Origin: Octopus vulgaris
Lineage: Eukaryota
Direction of reading: 5' to 3'
Assembly: GCA_951406725.2 (NCBI GenBank)
Contig: OX597830.1
Span: 16,182,001-16,246,000 of the forward strand
Length of the DNA stretch: 64,000 nucleotides
Position numbers and translations under genes: made by a program. The notes under the pieces were generated by a model. The model saw only the letters and a list, made by a program, of their open reading frames with translations. It was not told where the DNA came from and did not search any database. Positions 31,424-42,966 of the stretch are shown here, one piece after another. Numbering within the stretch: position 1 is the first letter of the stretch; every line of letters starts with the position of its first letter.

Positions 31424-31469
31424 GGTGTTGGTGGGGATGATGATGGTGATGGTAATGATAATGATGAGA

Positions 31470-31528
<59 letters not shown>

Positions 31529-31575
31529 GGTGGTGATGGTGGTGGTGGTTGTGGTGGTAGTGGTGGTGGTGTTGG

Positions 31576-31640
<65 letters not shown>

Positions 31641-31900
31641 GTGATGAGGATGATGAGGATTGGGATGGTGATGGTGATGATGAGGATGAGGATGATATAT
31701 GAGTTCACTTTCCAACTACTTGGTTTTCGGGTTCAATCTTTCAATCCACAGTGCCACTGGGTGGCACTGTGGGCAAGTGTCTTCTACTAAATCCACATCT
31801 TGACCAAAGGCTTGTGAGTGGATTTGACTGATGGAAACTGAATGAAGGCCATCATATTTATATATACATATAAATGTATATATCTATGTATAAGTATATA

Positions 31901-33178
31901 TCAGGTCATCCCATAAGTTCTGTCCAATTTTACCTTTTCTAAAATTGAATGAAATTTAATGGTATTTTAGAATTTCTAATGGAATTTAAAATTTTTTTTA
32001 TGCATTTGTGTACATTTAAACTAATTAAATATTATTCTACAGAATAACAGAATTAAAATTTCTTTGATTAAAACCCTTTCTCACATGGAAGTATCCAAAG
32101 AGCATTTGAAGCACATAATGCTTTAAGAGTACTAAAAAGGAAACTCTGCAGCTGAAGCAACTCGAATCATACACTCATTTTATGGGAAAGAATGTTTGAA
32201 TGAAAGAACTTGCAGAAGATGGTTTGCAAAATTCAGAAGTGGAGATTTCAGCCTTGGAGATAAATACTGAACAGAACATCCAGTTGAGTTTGATGATAAG
32301 CTCCTTGAGACATTACTTGAAGAAAATCCTGCATTATCAGTTGAAGAATTGGCAATAAAGCTTAGTTCAAACCATACAACTGTTCATTGTCATCTTCAAC
32401 AACTTGGAAAGGTTCTTAAATTTGGAAAATGGGTGCCTCATGAATTGTCCGAAAGCAACCGCAAATCCCGAGTTGACATCTGCTCTTCTCTCTATTCTCG
32501 CAAATTCATTTCACCCATTTTGGATAGACTTGTGATTGGTGTCGAAAAATGGATCTTCTATCGAAATGTTAAATGTCATAAACAGTGGCTTGGTAAAAGG
32601 GAAAAAATCTCAGCCGCAACCAAGAAAGGAACTTCATGGGAAAAAGGTTCTTCTCTCTATTTGGTGGGATTGCAAAAGAGTAATTCATTTTGAATTGTTA
32701 CCACCTAATGCAACAATCAATGCTCAAGTTTACAGTCAGCAATTAGAGCATTTGAACCAAGCTTTGAAGGTAAAAAAGAACCTCTTTAGTGAATCAAAAA
32801 GGAGTAATGTTTCATCAGGACAATGTGCGACCCCACACTGCAAAGATCACATCATAGAGGATCGAAGAGCTTGGTTGGGAAAAAATTCCTCATCCACCTT
32901 ATTCTCCCAACCTTGCTCCTTCAGACTACCATTTGTTTTGGAGTTTACAGAATCATTTGGGGGACATAACTTTTGCAAGGAGATCGAAACTGACATTTCA
33001 GAGTCTTCGCTTTCAAACCAAAAGAGTTTTATCTTGATGGGATTAAAAAGCTTGTAAATAGATCGAAGGAAGTCATAGATAATCAGGGAAAGTACATTGA
33101 TGATTAAATTTCAATTAAATATAACATTTGATCACTTGTTTTCTTTATTCAAAATTCAGACTGAACTTATGGGATGAC

Positions 33179-33182
<4 letters not shown>
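31901..33182 (+). mobile_element. Full-length decayed mariner (DD34D-type) transposon
   Basis: TIRs TCAGGTCATCCCATAAGTTC / GAACTTATGGGATGACTTCA with TA flanks. Motifs WVPHEL, EKWIFY, KVLLSIWWD, HQDNVRPH and YSPNLAPSDY. Length ~1.28 kb. Confidence 0.93.
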
Positions 33183-33258
<76 letters not shown>

Positions 33259-33482
33259 TACTCTTTTACTCTTTTACTTGTTTCAGTCATTTGACTGCAG
33301 CCATGCTGGAGCACCGCCTTTAGTCAAGCAAATCGACCCCAGGACTTATTCTTTGTAAGCCTAGTACTTATTCTATCAGTCTCTTTTGCTGAACCGCTAA
33401 GCTATGGGGATGTAAACACACCACCATCGGCTGTCAGGTGATGTTGGGGGAACAAACTCAGACACACAAACATATACACACA

Positions 33483-33527
<45 letters not shown>

Positions 33528-33690
33528 GACGGGCTTCTTTCAGTTTCTGTCTACCAAATCCACTCACAAGGCTTTGGTTGGCCCGAGGCTATAGTAGAAG
33601 ACACTTGCCCAAGGTGCCACACAGTGGGACTGAACCTGGAACAATGTGGCTGGTAAGCAAGCTACTTACCACACAGCCACTCCTGTGCCT
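33259..33690 (-). mobile_element. CORE-type SINE copy
   Basis: Family match. Confidence 0.87.
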
Positions 33691-33765
33691 TGATCATTGA
33701 TATTATGATCATCATCACCACCACCAAAACCACCACCATCATCATATCACTACCATCACTACCAC

Positions 33766-33798
<33 letters not shown>

Positions 33799-34229
33799 TA
33801 TCCCACAGATATACCACTCCTGTATGTATGTATGCATGTATGTATGTATGTATATATGTATGTATGTATGTATGTGAGAATGGTTGGAGAAATACAAAAA
33901 GCAGCACACAACTCATTAGGTTGGAGATCCATGTATTCAGTAACAGTTTCACTCAGATCCATTTGACTTCACTCTTTTTTTGTTGCTTATTTCTGTCAAC
34001 ATATGCTGCTGCCTTTGTTTCAATTGATTCTTAAAATAATGAAGCATTTAGTAAAATAACTTCCTCATTATTAAGCTGAGATCTGGAATAATTTAGCATA
34101 AAATTGGAAAATTATATATATATATATATATATTTATAAAAAAGAAGTTTGAAAACGCCACTATATAAGATGAATTATAATTTTCTTAGAAATTTTACAT
34201 GTTTCGGTTCTTCTTGAAAAAACGAACCT

Positions 34230-34297
<68 letters not shown>

Positions 34298-34323
34298 CAT
34301 GTGTGTGAGTGTGTGTGTATGTA

Positions 34324-35531
34324 TAGGGTGTGTAAGATATTTGAGGAAAGATTTATGTTTATAAAAAACAGATATACAATAATAGATAATAATTTTGTTT
34401 ATGAAAAATGCTATGAGGATAAAAATAAACCTTCTTTTCTATACTGCTTCAACAACTGCTTCTATATAAGATCTGAATCATCTCCATGCTCGAATCAAGT
34501 GGTCCTGGTTCATTTTGGACATTATTCTCCATATGGCAGCTTTCAAAGAATCTTTGGTGTTGTGGGTGTGTTCATTGACTTCTCTCTCAACAACACTCCA
34601 CATGTAATAATCCAATGGAATGAGATCTGGGAAATTAGGAGGCCAAATGTTAAGAGCTATGTGGTCATAAAAATTTTCAGACATCCATTCCTGTTACTAG
34701 AGTCATGTGTGATAAGGCAGAGTCTTATTGAAACACACATGGCCTTCCATTGCATATACCGTCTGTCCAGGGCTTATTTCCAGGACCTTGGTGTAGGCAG
34801 CAGAGTTATCTCTAAGGCCTTGTGGAAAGCAGTAAGGAGGCATCACATGTCCTTCATTGCTGACAACCCCTAAAACAATGACAGTTGCCGAAAATTTTGT
34901 ATGCATAACACTTGGAACTTCAGAAGGGTCTGCACATAGCCATCTGTCATTTCTTCTGTTAACTTTTTGATCTTGGTCGAAGTTTTTCTCGTTTGAGTAA
35001 AACCAAATCAAATCTTCTGCTGAATTTTTCAGTTTGTTTAAGAGCCTTTTAGATCTGGTGTAGTGATTTCCTTTTGCTTTTTCTGACAAATTGACCTTTC
35101 TTTGTCATATAAGACTTATATCTGATGACAACATTTCTGACTGTTCCTTCTTATATATGGAGATCTTATGCAATTGATCTCATGGACTTTCTAGGATTGT
35201 AATCAATGGTCTTTTGAACTTGCTGGATAAATCAAGTGTTCTGATGATTTCAGAACATTTAGAATGCTTTTTATGCTTTGATACTGGCGCCAAATTTCCA
35301 TCTTCAGTCTCTAACTCCTTACAAACTTTGTAGATGAAAGATCTGGCAACTTTTAAAAATTGAGATATTTCTAAATCACTAAGCTCAGCCTTTATAACCA
35401 CAATAACAACATGCCTCTTCATTTCTTGAGGGTCAGCCATTATCATTTTCTGAAACAAAGATTATACAGAGTTAGCAAAAAATGCAGTAACGACCCCGAA
35501 AGTTATGTCCTCAAATACATTACGCACCCTG
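34324..35531 (-). mobile_element. Decayed Tc1/mariner element of DD37D (maT)-like type
   Basis: TIRs (T/C)AGGGTG(T/C)GTAA(G/T)..ATTTGAGGA with TA flanks. Motifs FYSNEKNFDQDQKVNRRNDRW, VVSNEGHVMPP and WPPNFPDLIPLDYYMW. Confidence 0.88.
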
Positions 35532-35605
35532 TATATATATATATAAATATATGAAATTATATATATTTATACATATACATATATATTATATATACATATA
35601 TGTAC

Positions 35606-35636
<31 letters not shown>

Positions 35637-35651
35637 TGTACATATATATAC

Positions 35652-35765
<114 letters not shown>

Positions 35766-35810
35766 ACACATATATATATATGTACATATGTATATATGTA
35801 TATATATATA

Positions 35811-36304
35811 CAATGATAAATCTCAGAGCGAGTTATAAACAGTAGCGGTAACACATTGTGACACAGGAAGATACCTCCTCCAGCTGGCTATAGACACACT
35901 TTCTGTGCCCTATCAGTATTTGTGATATTCAAATGGCAAATATGCGTCACGATGTGTTACCGCTACTGTTTATAACTCGCTCTGAGATTTATCATTGTTT
36001 GATTTCACTTTTTCAATATCAGTGTCAATCGACACTGGAAAAAGTATATGTATTTGTGGGGGAAACTGAATTCTCGTCGACAACTGTGATTGTCACACGC
36101 CGATGATAGGTCAATACCTTGAAACTCGAGTCCGTGTGTATCATGAGTTGAAGATGGGAAGGATGACTTCCCTTCACAAATACTGATAGGGCACAGAAAG
36201 TGTGTCTATAGCCAGCTGGAGGAGGTATCTTCCTGGGGTTACAAACTACAGTAGCATCCACCCTTAGGGGTTAGCCATATTCAAATGGCAAATATGCGTC
36301 ACGA
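35811..36304 (+). mobile_element. (TA)n-flanked hammerhead element with terminal direct repeat and inverted 5' fragments
   Basis: TATTCAAATGGCAAATATGCGTCACGA occurs at ~35926 and ~36278. 35811-35862 inverts ~35947-35997, and ~35863-35925 inverts ~36174-36235. Confidence 0.85.
36094..36138 (+). ncRNA. Minimal type-I hammerhead ribozyme (U4C variant)
   Basis: CACACG-CCGATGA-TAGGT-CAAT-ACCTT-GAAA-CTCGAG-TC-CGTGTG with a perfect 6-bp stem I. Confidence 0.8.
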
Positions 36305-36328
36305 TATATATATACATATATATATATA

Positions 36329-36396
<68 letters not shown>

Positions 36397-36736
36397 TAGA
36401 TATATATATGACAGGCTTCTTTCACTTTTCATTCACCAAATCCTCTCACACGGCTTTGGTCATTCTGAGGTCATAGTAGGAGACACTTGCCCAAGGTTCC
36501 ATACAGTGGGACTGAACCTAGAACCATGTGGTTGGGAAATGATCTTCTTACCACACAGTCATGCCTGCACCTATGCATTTTTTAATTTGTCGCTCATGAA
36601 AATGAAAGATATGTATTAAACATGTTTTTATTATTTGCATCCTTCTGTATAGCTAACAAATGCATGCACACCTTGCACCCATGCAGGAAACATCTCTGGT
36701 TTGACTTATAGTCCTCTATGTTCTGTCCTTTTTCAG

Positions 36737-36822
36737 ATGTTACTGCGCAGATGAATTTGGTGCCCCTATCACAGATGTTGATATCAGTTTGGAAGAGGTC
36801 AAGAGAACAAACATGAACTGTA
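36737..36822 (+). CDS. Internal exon of the same thyroglobulin type-1 protein; (G)CYCADEFGAPITDVDISLEEVKRTNMNC
   Basis: Polypyrimidine tract plus TTTCAG acceptor and GTAAGT donor. Phase 2 in matches the exon at 1-52 (GG+A = Gly) and phase 1 out matches the next exon. It supplies the CYC-x-D-x-x-G motif and the last Cys of the domain. Confidence 0.9.
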
Positions 36823-36847
36823 GTAAGTATGCTACACATTTTGTATC

Positions 36848-37262
36848 TATTTCTTTACTACCCACAAGGGGCTAAACACAGAGGGGACAAACAAGGACAG
36901 ACAAACGGATTAAGTTGATTACATTGACCCCAGTGCATAACTGGTACTTATTTAATTGACCCCGAAAGGATGAAAGGTAAAGTTGACCTCGACGGAATTT
37001 GAACTCAGAATGTAGTGGCAGACGAAATACCTATTTCTTTACTACCCACAAGGGGCTACACACAGAGGGGACAAACAAGGACAGACAAATGGATCAAGTC
37101 GATTATATCGACCCCAGTGCGTAACTGGTACTTATTTAATCGATCCCGAAAGGATGAAAGGCAAAGTTGACCTCGGCGGAATTTGAACTCAGAACATAGC
37201 GGCAGACAAAATACCGCTAAGCATTTCGCCCGGCGTGCTAACGTTTCTGCCAGCTCGCCGTC
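36848..37262 (-). mobile_element. Third-family SINE with duplicated body, ~25 nt downstream of the exon donor (another at 44508-44915 minus)
   Basis: Reverse complement of 12761-13173. Confidence 0.88.
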
Positions 37263-37605
37263 GTATATACTACACGTTTTGTATCATGCACAACAGGGTA
37301 GATAAAGGGGTCAGTATTTACAGCTTTCTCACAGGGAAGAGTCAAACACTGCCCTTTACTGTGTATCTCATGGTGAACATGAGAATAAAGTGTCTGTGCA
37401 ACTTGGGCAGAATAAATACCACAAGGTATTTCTGTTTGACACAATGGTTTTTCCAACAATTTTCTCACCAGTAAATATGCATATATATGAGTATTTATGT
37501 GTTTGTAAATGGGTATATGCATTTTGCATGTGTCTGTGTATATATGAATATATTCCACCTGATGAAGCACCCACACACAGGTGTTGTTGAAAAATATTCA
37601 ACTAT

Positions 37606-38215
37606 ATAGGTGCAGGAATGGTTGTGTGGTAAGAAGCTTGCATGCCATCCACATGGTTCTGGGTTCAGTCCTGCTATGTGGCACCTTGGGCAAACATCTT
37701 TTATTATGGCTTCAGGCTGACCAAAGCCTTGTAAGTTTGGTAGATGGAAACTGAAAGAAGCCCATTGTATATATATATATATATATATATAGGGAGAGTT
37801 TACGACAAGAAACAAAAGACGAAGACAGGTGGTGTACAAAGCAAACAGATGTATTAGTATAACACTCAGGAATAGAAAAAAGTCTTTTACGTTTCGAGCT
37901 TACGCTCTTCTACAGAAAGGGACACAGAAAAAACAAGGAGAGAAACAAAGAGAAACAATATATATATATATATATATGTCTGTGTGTGTGTCCTTTGTGC
38001 CTGTGTTTGTCCCACCCATTACTGCTTGACAACTGGCATTGGTATGCTTACATGCCTATAACTTAGCAGTTGAGCAAAAGAGATTGATAGAATAAATACC
38101 AGGCTTTAAAAGTAAGTCCTGAGATCGATTTGTTTCAATAAAACCCTTCAAGGCAGTGCCCCAGCATGGCCACAGCCAAATTACTGAAACAAGTTAAAGA
38201 ATAAAAGACTAAAAG
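37606..38215 (+). mobile_element. CORE-type SINE with a hammerhead-like element nested in its internal (TA)n
   Basis: SINE 5' half 37606-37766, insert ~37790-37957, SINE 3' half 37978-38215. Confidence 0.8.
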
Positions 38216-38367
38216 TATATATAGTTATTGTAATGAATAATCTTCTGTAATGATGCATGAATATAAACACAGCAACTTAAAGCTACTGTGCAATGCAAAA
38301 ACAAATGCTGTGACCTGCTACTGAACCCTGATATCCTCTATCCTTGTATTAATATTACACAGAGAGG

Positions 38368-38762
38368 AGGAGGAGTGGCTGTGTGGTAAGTAGCTTACCA
38401 ACCACACGGTTCAGGGTTCATTCCCACTGCGTGGCAACTTGGGCAAGTGTCTTCTGCTTTAGCCTCAGGCCGACCAAAGCCGTGTGAGTGGATTTGGTAG
38501 ATGGAAACTGAAAGAAGCCTGTCGTATATATGAGTATGCATATATATATATATATATACATGTGTGTATATGTTTGTGTGACTGTGTTTGTCCCTCCAAC
38601 CGATGCTGGTGTGTTTACGTCCCCATAACCTAGAGGTTCAGCAAAAGTGACCGACAGAATAAGTACTTACAAAGAGTAAGTCCTGGGGTCAATTTGCTCG
38701 ACTAAACGCGATGCTCCAGCATGGCTGTAGTCAAATGACTGAAACAAGTAAAAAAAAAAAAG
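38368..38762 (+). mobile_element. CORE-type SINE copy
   Basis: Family match. Confidence 0.85.
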
Positions 38763-39306
38763 AGAGAGGAGTGTCACATGTTTTTCCCACCCAGCAATAT
38801 ACCCTGCTGTAGGATAACATGTGGTAACCAAATTACTACGTAAGAGCTCTTAACTGCACATAACATTTTTCCCCAAATTGAATTAAATTGTACCAAATAT
38901 ATATATTAGAAATTACTATTTTGAATGAAATGAGAAAACATAATGGTTACCCAATGCTTAGAACTTCATATGAATTCATGTTTGTTTGAATTCTAATCAA
39001 ATATTAAACTTTCTTTTTTTTTGCGAGACAATGAACTTTTATTTAGCAACATTTTCACAAGAAAGAAATTAAAAAACATTAAAAGTATAAAAGATTAAAT
39101 TATTGATAAAAAAAAAGCACCATTGTCCTTCGATTTTCTTCTAGTACTGTATGCATTAGGAGAACTGTCAGAATGTATATGTGAGAACAGAATAAAACAA
39201 AAGATTTAATTTATCTTTTTGTTATAACATAATGATAGAGTGGAAAGATAAACTAAATCACCTGCTTTATCCTGGTCTCATATGTATATATATATATATG
39301 TGTATA

Positions 39307-39380
<74 letters not shown>

Positions 39381-39495
39381 GATCTAGATATATATATATA
39401 TGTTAGAAATATTGAATTTCTAAATGTCTCGGAGAGACATGAGTGGTGGTAGAGCGATATATTTGCGAAGAGGTTGCAGTCATCTCAGCGAGCGA

Positions 39496-39560
39496 GACTG
39501 GCTACCCTGGACTGACGATGAGCATTAGACTCAGAAACATATGTCTTCAGGTGCTCAGTC
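39496..39560 (+). ncRNA. Type-I hammerhead ribozyme inside a (TA)n-flanked ~313-nt insert (39402-39714)
   Basis: CCTGGA-CTGACGA-TGAG-CATTAGA-CTCA-GAAA-CATATG-TC-TTCAGG. Stem I is extended by GACTG/CAGTC. Confidence 0.88.
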
Positions 39561-39735
39561 CCAGCTGGCAGGGGTGATTGCCTCCCCTTTGCAAATATAA
39601 GGACACAGAAAATGTGTCAAAGCCGACAGGAGACGTCGATGTTTCCTAGGGCTAACTGGCGGTGATGTAATTCCCTTACGATACTGTCACATTGAGTTGA
39701 CAGTATACGACCACTATATATATATATATATATTT

Positions 39736-40183
39736 GTCCGTTGCCAGCCTCGCCTGGCCCCCGTGCTGGTGGCACGTAAAAGCACCATCCGTTCGTGTCC
39801 GTTGCCAGCCTCACCTGGTCCCCGTGCCGGTAGCACGTAAAAGCACCATCCGCTCATGTCCGTTGCCAGCCTCGCCTGGCCCCCGTGCCAGTGGTACGTA
39901 AAAGCACCATCCGTTCGTGTCCGTTGCCAGCCTCGCCTGGTCCCTGTGCCGGTGGCACGTAAAAGCACCATCCGTTCGTGGCCGTTTGCCAGCTCTGTCT
40001 GGCACCTGTGCGGGTGGCACGTAAAAAGCACCCACTACACTCATGGAGTGGTTGGCGTTAGGAAGGGCATCCAGCCGTAGAAACACTGCCAGATCTGACT
40101 GGGCTTGATAAGCCTTCCGGCTTCACAGACCCCAGTTGAACCGTCCAACCCATGCTAGCATGGAAAACGGATGCTGGATGATG
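39736..40183 (+). mobile_element. LINE (RTE-like) 3' UTR fragment with a 61-bp tandem array (~4.7 units) and (GAT)n tail
   Basis: Units start at 39736, 39797, 39858, 39919 and 39980. The shared tail CCAACCCATGCTAGCATGGAAAACGGA-(TGA)n also occurs near 26715, 31000, 41705, 45520-45815, 47090, 48090 and 57890. Confidence 0.8.
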
Positions 40184-40197
40184 ATATCAAATCAATC

Positions 40198-40298
<101 letters not shown>

Positions 40299-40342
40299 CG
40301 TGTGTGTATGTGTGTATATATAAATGTGTGTGTAGTGTGTGC

Positions 40343-40389
<47 letters not shown>

Positions 40390-40648
40390 AATATGTATAT
40401 ATATAAAGGGAAAGTTTACGAAAATAAGCAAAAGACGAAGGCAGGTGGAGTACAAACAAACAAATGTATTAGTATGGCGCTCAGGAATAGAAATAGAAAA
40501 AGTATTTTATGTTTTGAGCCTACGCTCTTCGACAGAAAGATACACAGAAAAAAACAAGGAGAGAAAAAAATGTGTGTAGGAGCTAACAATCTATCATGGC
40601 GTCCTGACTATATATATACATATATTTATATATATATATATAAATATA

Positions 40649-40751
<103 letters not shown>

Positions 40752-40800
40752 AAAAAAAGTCAAGATACAAAATGCTAAAATAATTTAATAAAAAATATTT

Positions 40801-40838
40801 CAGCACTGGTTTTCAGTCATTGAGACCTTTTCAACTGT
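40801..40838 (-). ncRNA. Degenerate hammerhead motif with U3/A8 core
   Basis: Minus strand reads CAG-TTGAAAA-GGTC-TCAAT-GACT-GAAA-ACCAGTG-CTG inside a (TA)n-flanked insert at 40749-40970. Confidence 0.45.
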
Positions 40839-40966
40839 AACAATTAAACAATTAAATTTAGAAAAATTAAAAGAAAAGTTTTTTTAAAAGAATATTTGTA
40901 TAATATTCAAATACAAGTGGCATTTTCCTTGTTTCTGCCTGTCTCTGTCTCTCTTCTTTACTCTTG

Positions 40967-40997
<31 letters not shown>

Positions 40998-41284
40998 GAT
41001 AGATAGATATAGATATATATGTATATGTATATACATATATACACACACACATACATACAAATTTGTGTGTGTGTATGTATGTGTATGAGTGTACGAGGTG
41101 GTGTTGAAAAGTTCCTAGATTTAGGACATGTACTCAATATAGTGCATGTAGATTTTATACATCCCAGTAACTTAGTGGTTCAGCAAAAGAGACCAACAGA
41201 ATAAGTCCTGGGGTCGATTTGTATGATTAAAGACAGTGCTCCGGCATGGCCACAATCAAATGACTGAAACAAATAAATTTAAAT

Positions 41285-41690
41285 AGTGAAGCAAAGCTAA
41301 CTGTTTTTGTGCGTTCTTAAATGGCTTACAAACATCTTCTACATTCAAATTGTAAGCCATTCAAGAACACAAAAAAAACGTTAGTTTTACTCCAATATTT
41401 AAATTTAATTTGTGTCAAATTATTTTTCATTCCTTTAAAACCGTGACCTGTCTACTGACAAAACTTCCTGCTGCATCTCCAAGTGCTGAAGCATGAAGAT
41501 TTGTCAGTGGACAGGTCATGGTTTCAAAACAGCGAAAATATTTTGACACAAATTGAATTTAAATGTTGAAGTAAAACTAACAGTTTTTCTGTGCTCCGGA
41601 ATGGCTTACAAACATCTTCCATGCTACAATTGTTTTTGTTTCAATACGCCATCTTAGATTAAGTCACTTGCTATGCAAGTACATCTTCCT
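41285..41690. repeat. Fold-back element, older copy of the 24572-24800 family
   Basis: Arms at ~41351-41468 and 41496-41611, followed by the same tail CTTAGATTAAGTCACTTGCTATGCAAGTACATCT and (TA)n. Confidence 0.85.
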
Positions 41691-42062
41691 ATATATATAT
41701 ATATCACCTTGACTGGCTTCCGTGCAGGTGGCACGTAAAAAGCACCAACCGATTGTGGCCATTGCCAGCCTCCCCTGGCACCTGTGCCGGTGACACGTAA
41801 AAAGCACCCACTACACTCACGAAGTGGTTGGTGTTAGGAAGGGCATCCAGCTGTAGAAACACTTCCAGATAAGACTGGAGCCTGGTGCAGCCTCCTGGCT
41901 TCCCAGACCCTGGTCGAACTGTCCAACCCATGCTAGCATGGAAAACAGACATTAAACGATGATGATGATGATATATATATGTATGTATGTATGTATATAC
42001 ACATGCACACAGACACATACATCATATATATATAAGTAGTGATGATGATGATGATGATGATG

Positions 42063-42094
<32 letters not shown>

Positions 42095-42121
42095 ATACAT
42101 ACACACACACACAGACACATA

Positions 42122-42165
<44 letters not shown>

Positions 42166-42171
<6 letters not shown>

Positions 42172-42703
42172 TATACGTGAGAAGACCAGGCAGGACAAGT
42201 GAGCCCAGCCCACTTATGAATGCCTTTCCTCCCTTGGACACAAAGACCTGTTGAGGCAAGTGAAGTCGATATAGAACCTCATCCGATGACAGGCACCCTT
42301 GCCAACCCCCTTTGCTTGCGAAGACATGTTGGGGCAAGCGAAAGTGAAATCGAAATTGAATTGAACCAGCCAGGATCCCTGGTCTGGTGGTACGTAAAAA
42401 GCACTATCCGACTCGTGACCGATGCCAGCGCCACCTCCACTGGCTTCCGTGCCGGTGGCACACAAAATACACCGTTCCGACCGTGGCCGTTGCCAGCCTC
42501 GCCTGGCACCTGTGCAGGTGGCACGTAAAAAGCACCCACTACACTCACGGAGTGGTTGGCGTTAGGAAGGGCATCCAGCTGTAGAAACATTGCCAGATAA
42601 GACTGGAGCCTGGTGCAGCCTTCTGGTTTCCCAGATCCCCGGTCGAACCGTCCAACCCCTGCTAGCATGGAGAACGGACGTTAAACGATGATGATGATGA
42701 TGA

Positions 42704-42705
<2 letters not shown>
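42166..42705 (+). mobile_element. RTE-like LINE 3' end (ORF tail plus 3' UTR)
   Basis: YAIREKTRQDK* precedes the UTR. A related piece at 47975-48290 extends upstream (DLWQYTVLEK). Confidence 0.7.
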
Positions 42706-42792
<87 letters not shown>

Positions 42793-42841
42793 CAGTGATG
42801 ATGATGATGACGATATGATATACATATATATATATTAAATT

Positions 42842-42966
<125 letters not shown>

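Noticed and set aside
31187-31790. His-rich, Met-rich and Ile/Thr-rich ORFs of 170-195 aa
   Set aside because: They are translations of (GAT)n/(GGT)n repeats open in several frames, with no supporting splice signals or domain.
39736-40035. Possible CRISPR-like array
   Set aside because: The units are contiguous near-identical 61-mers with no unique spacers, there are no cas genes, and the context is a eukaryotic LINE 3' UTR.
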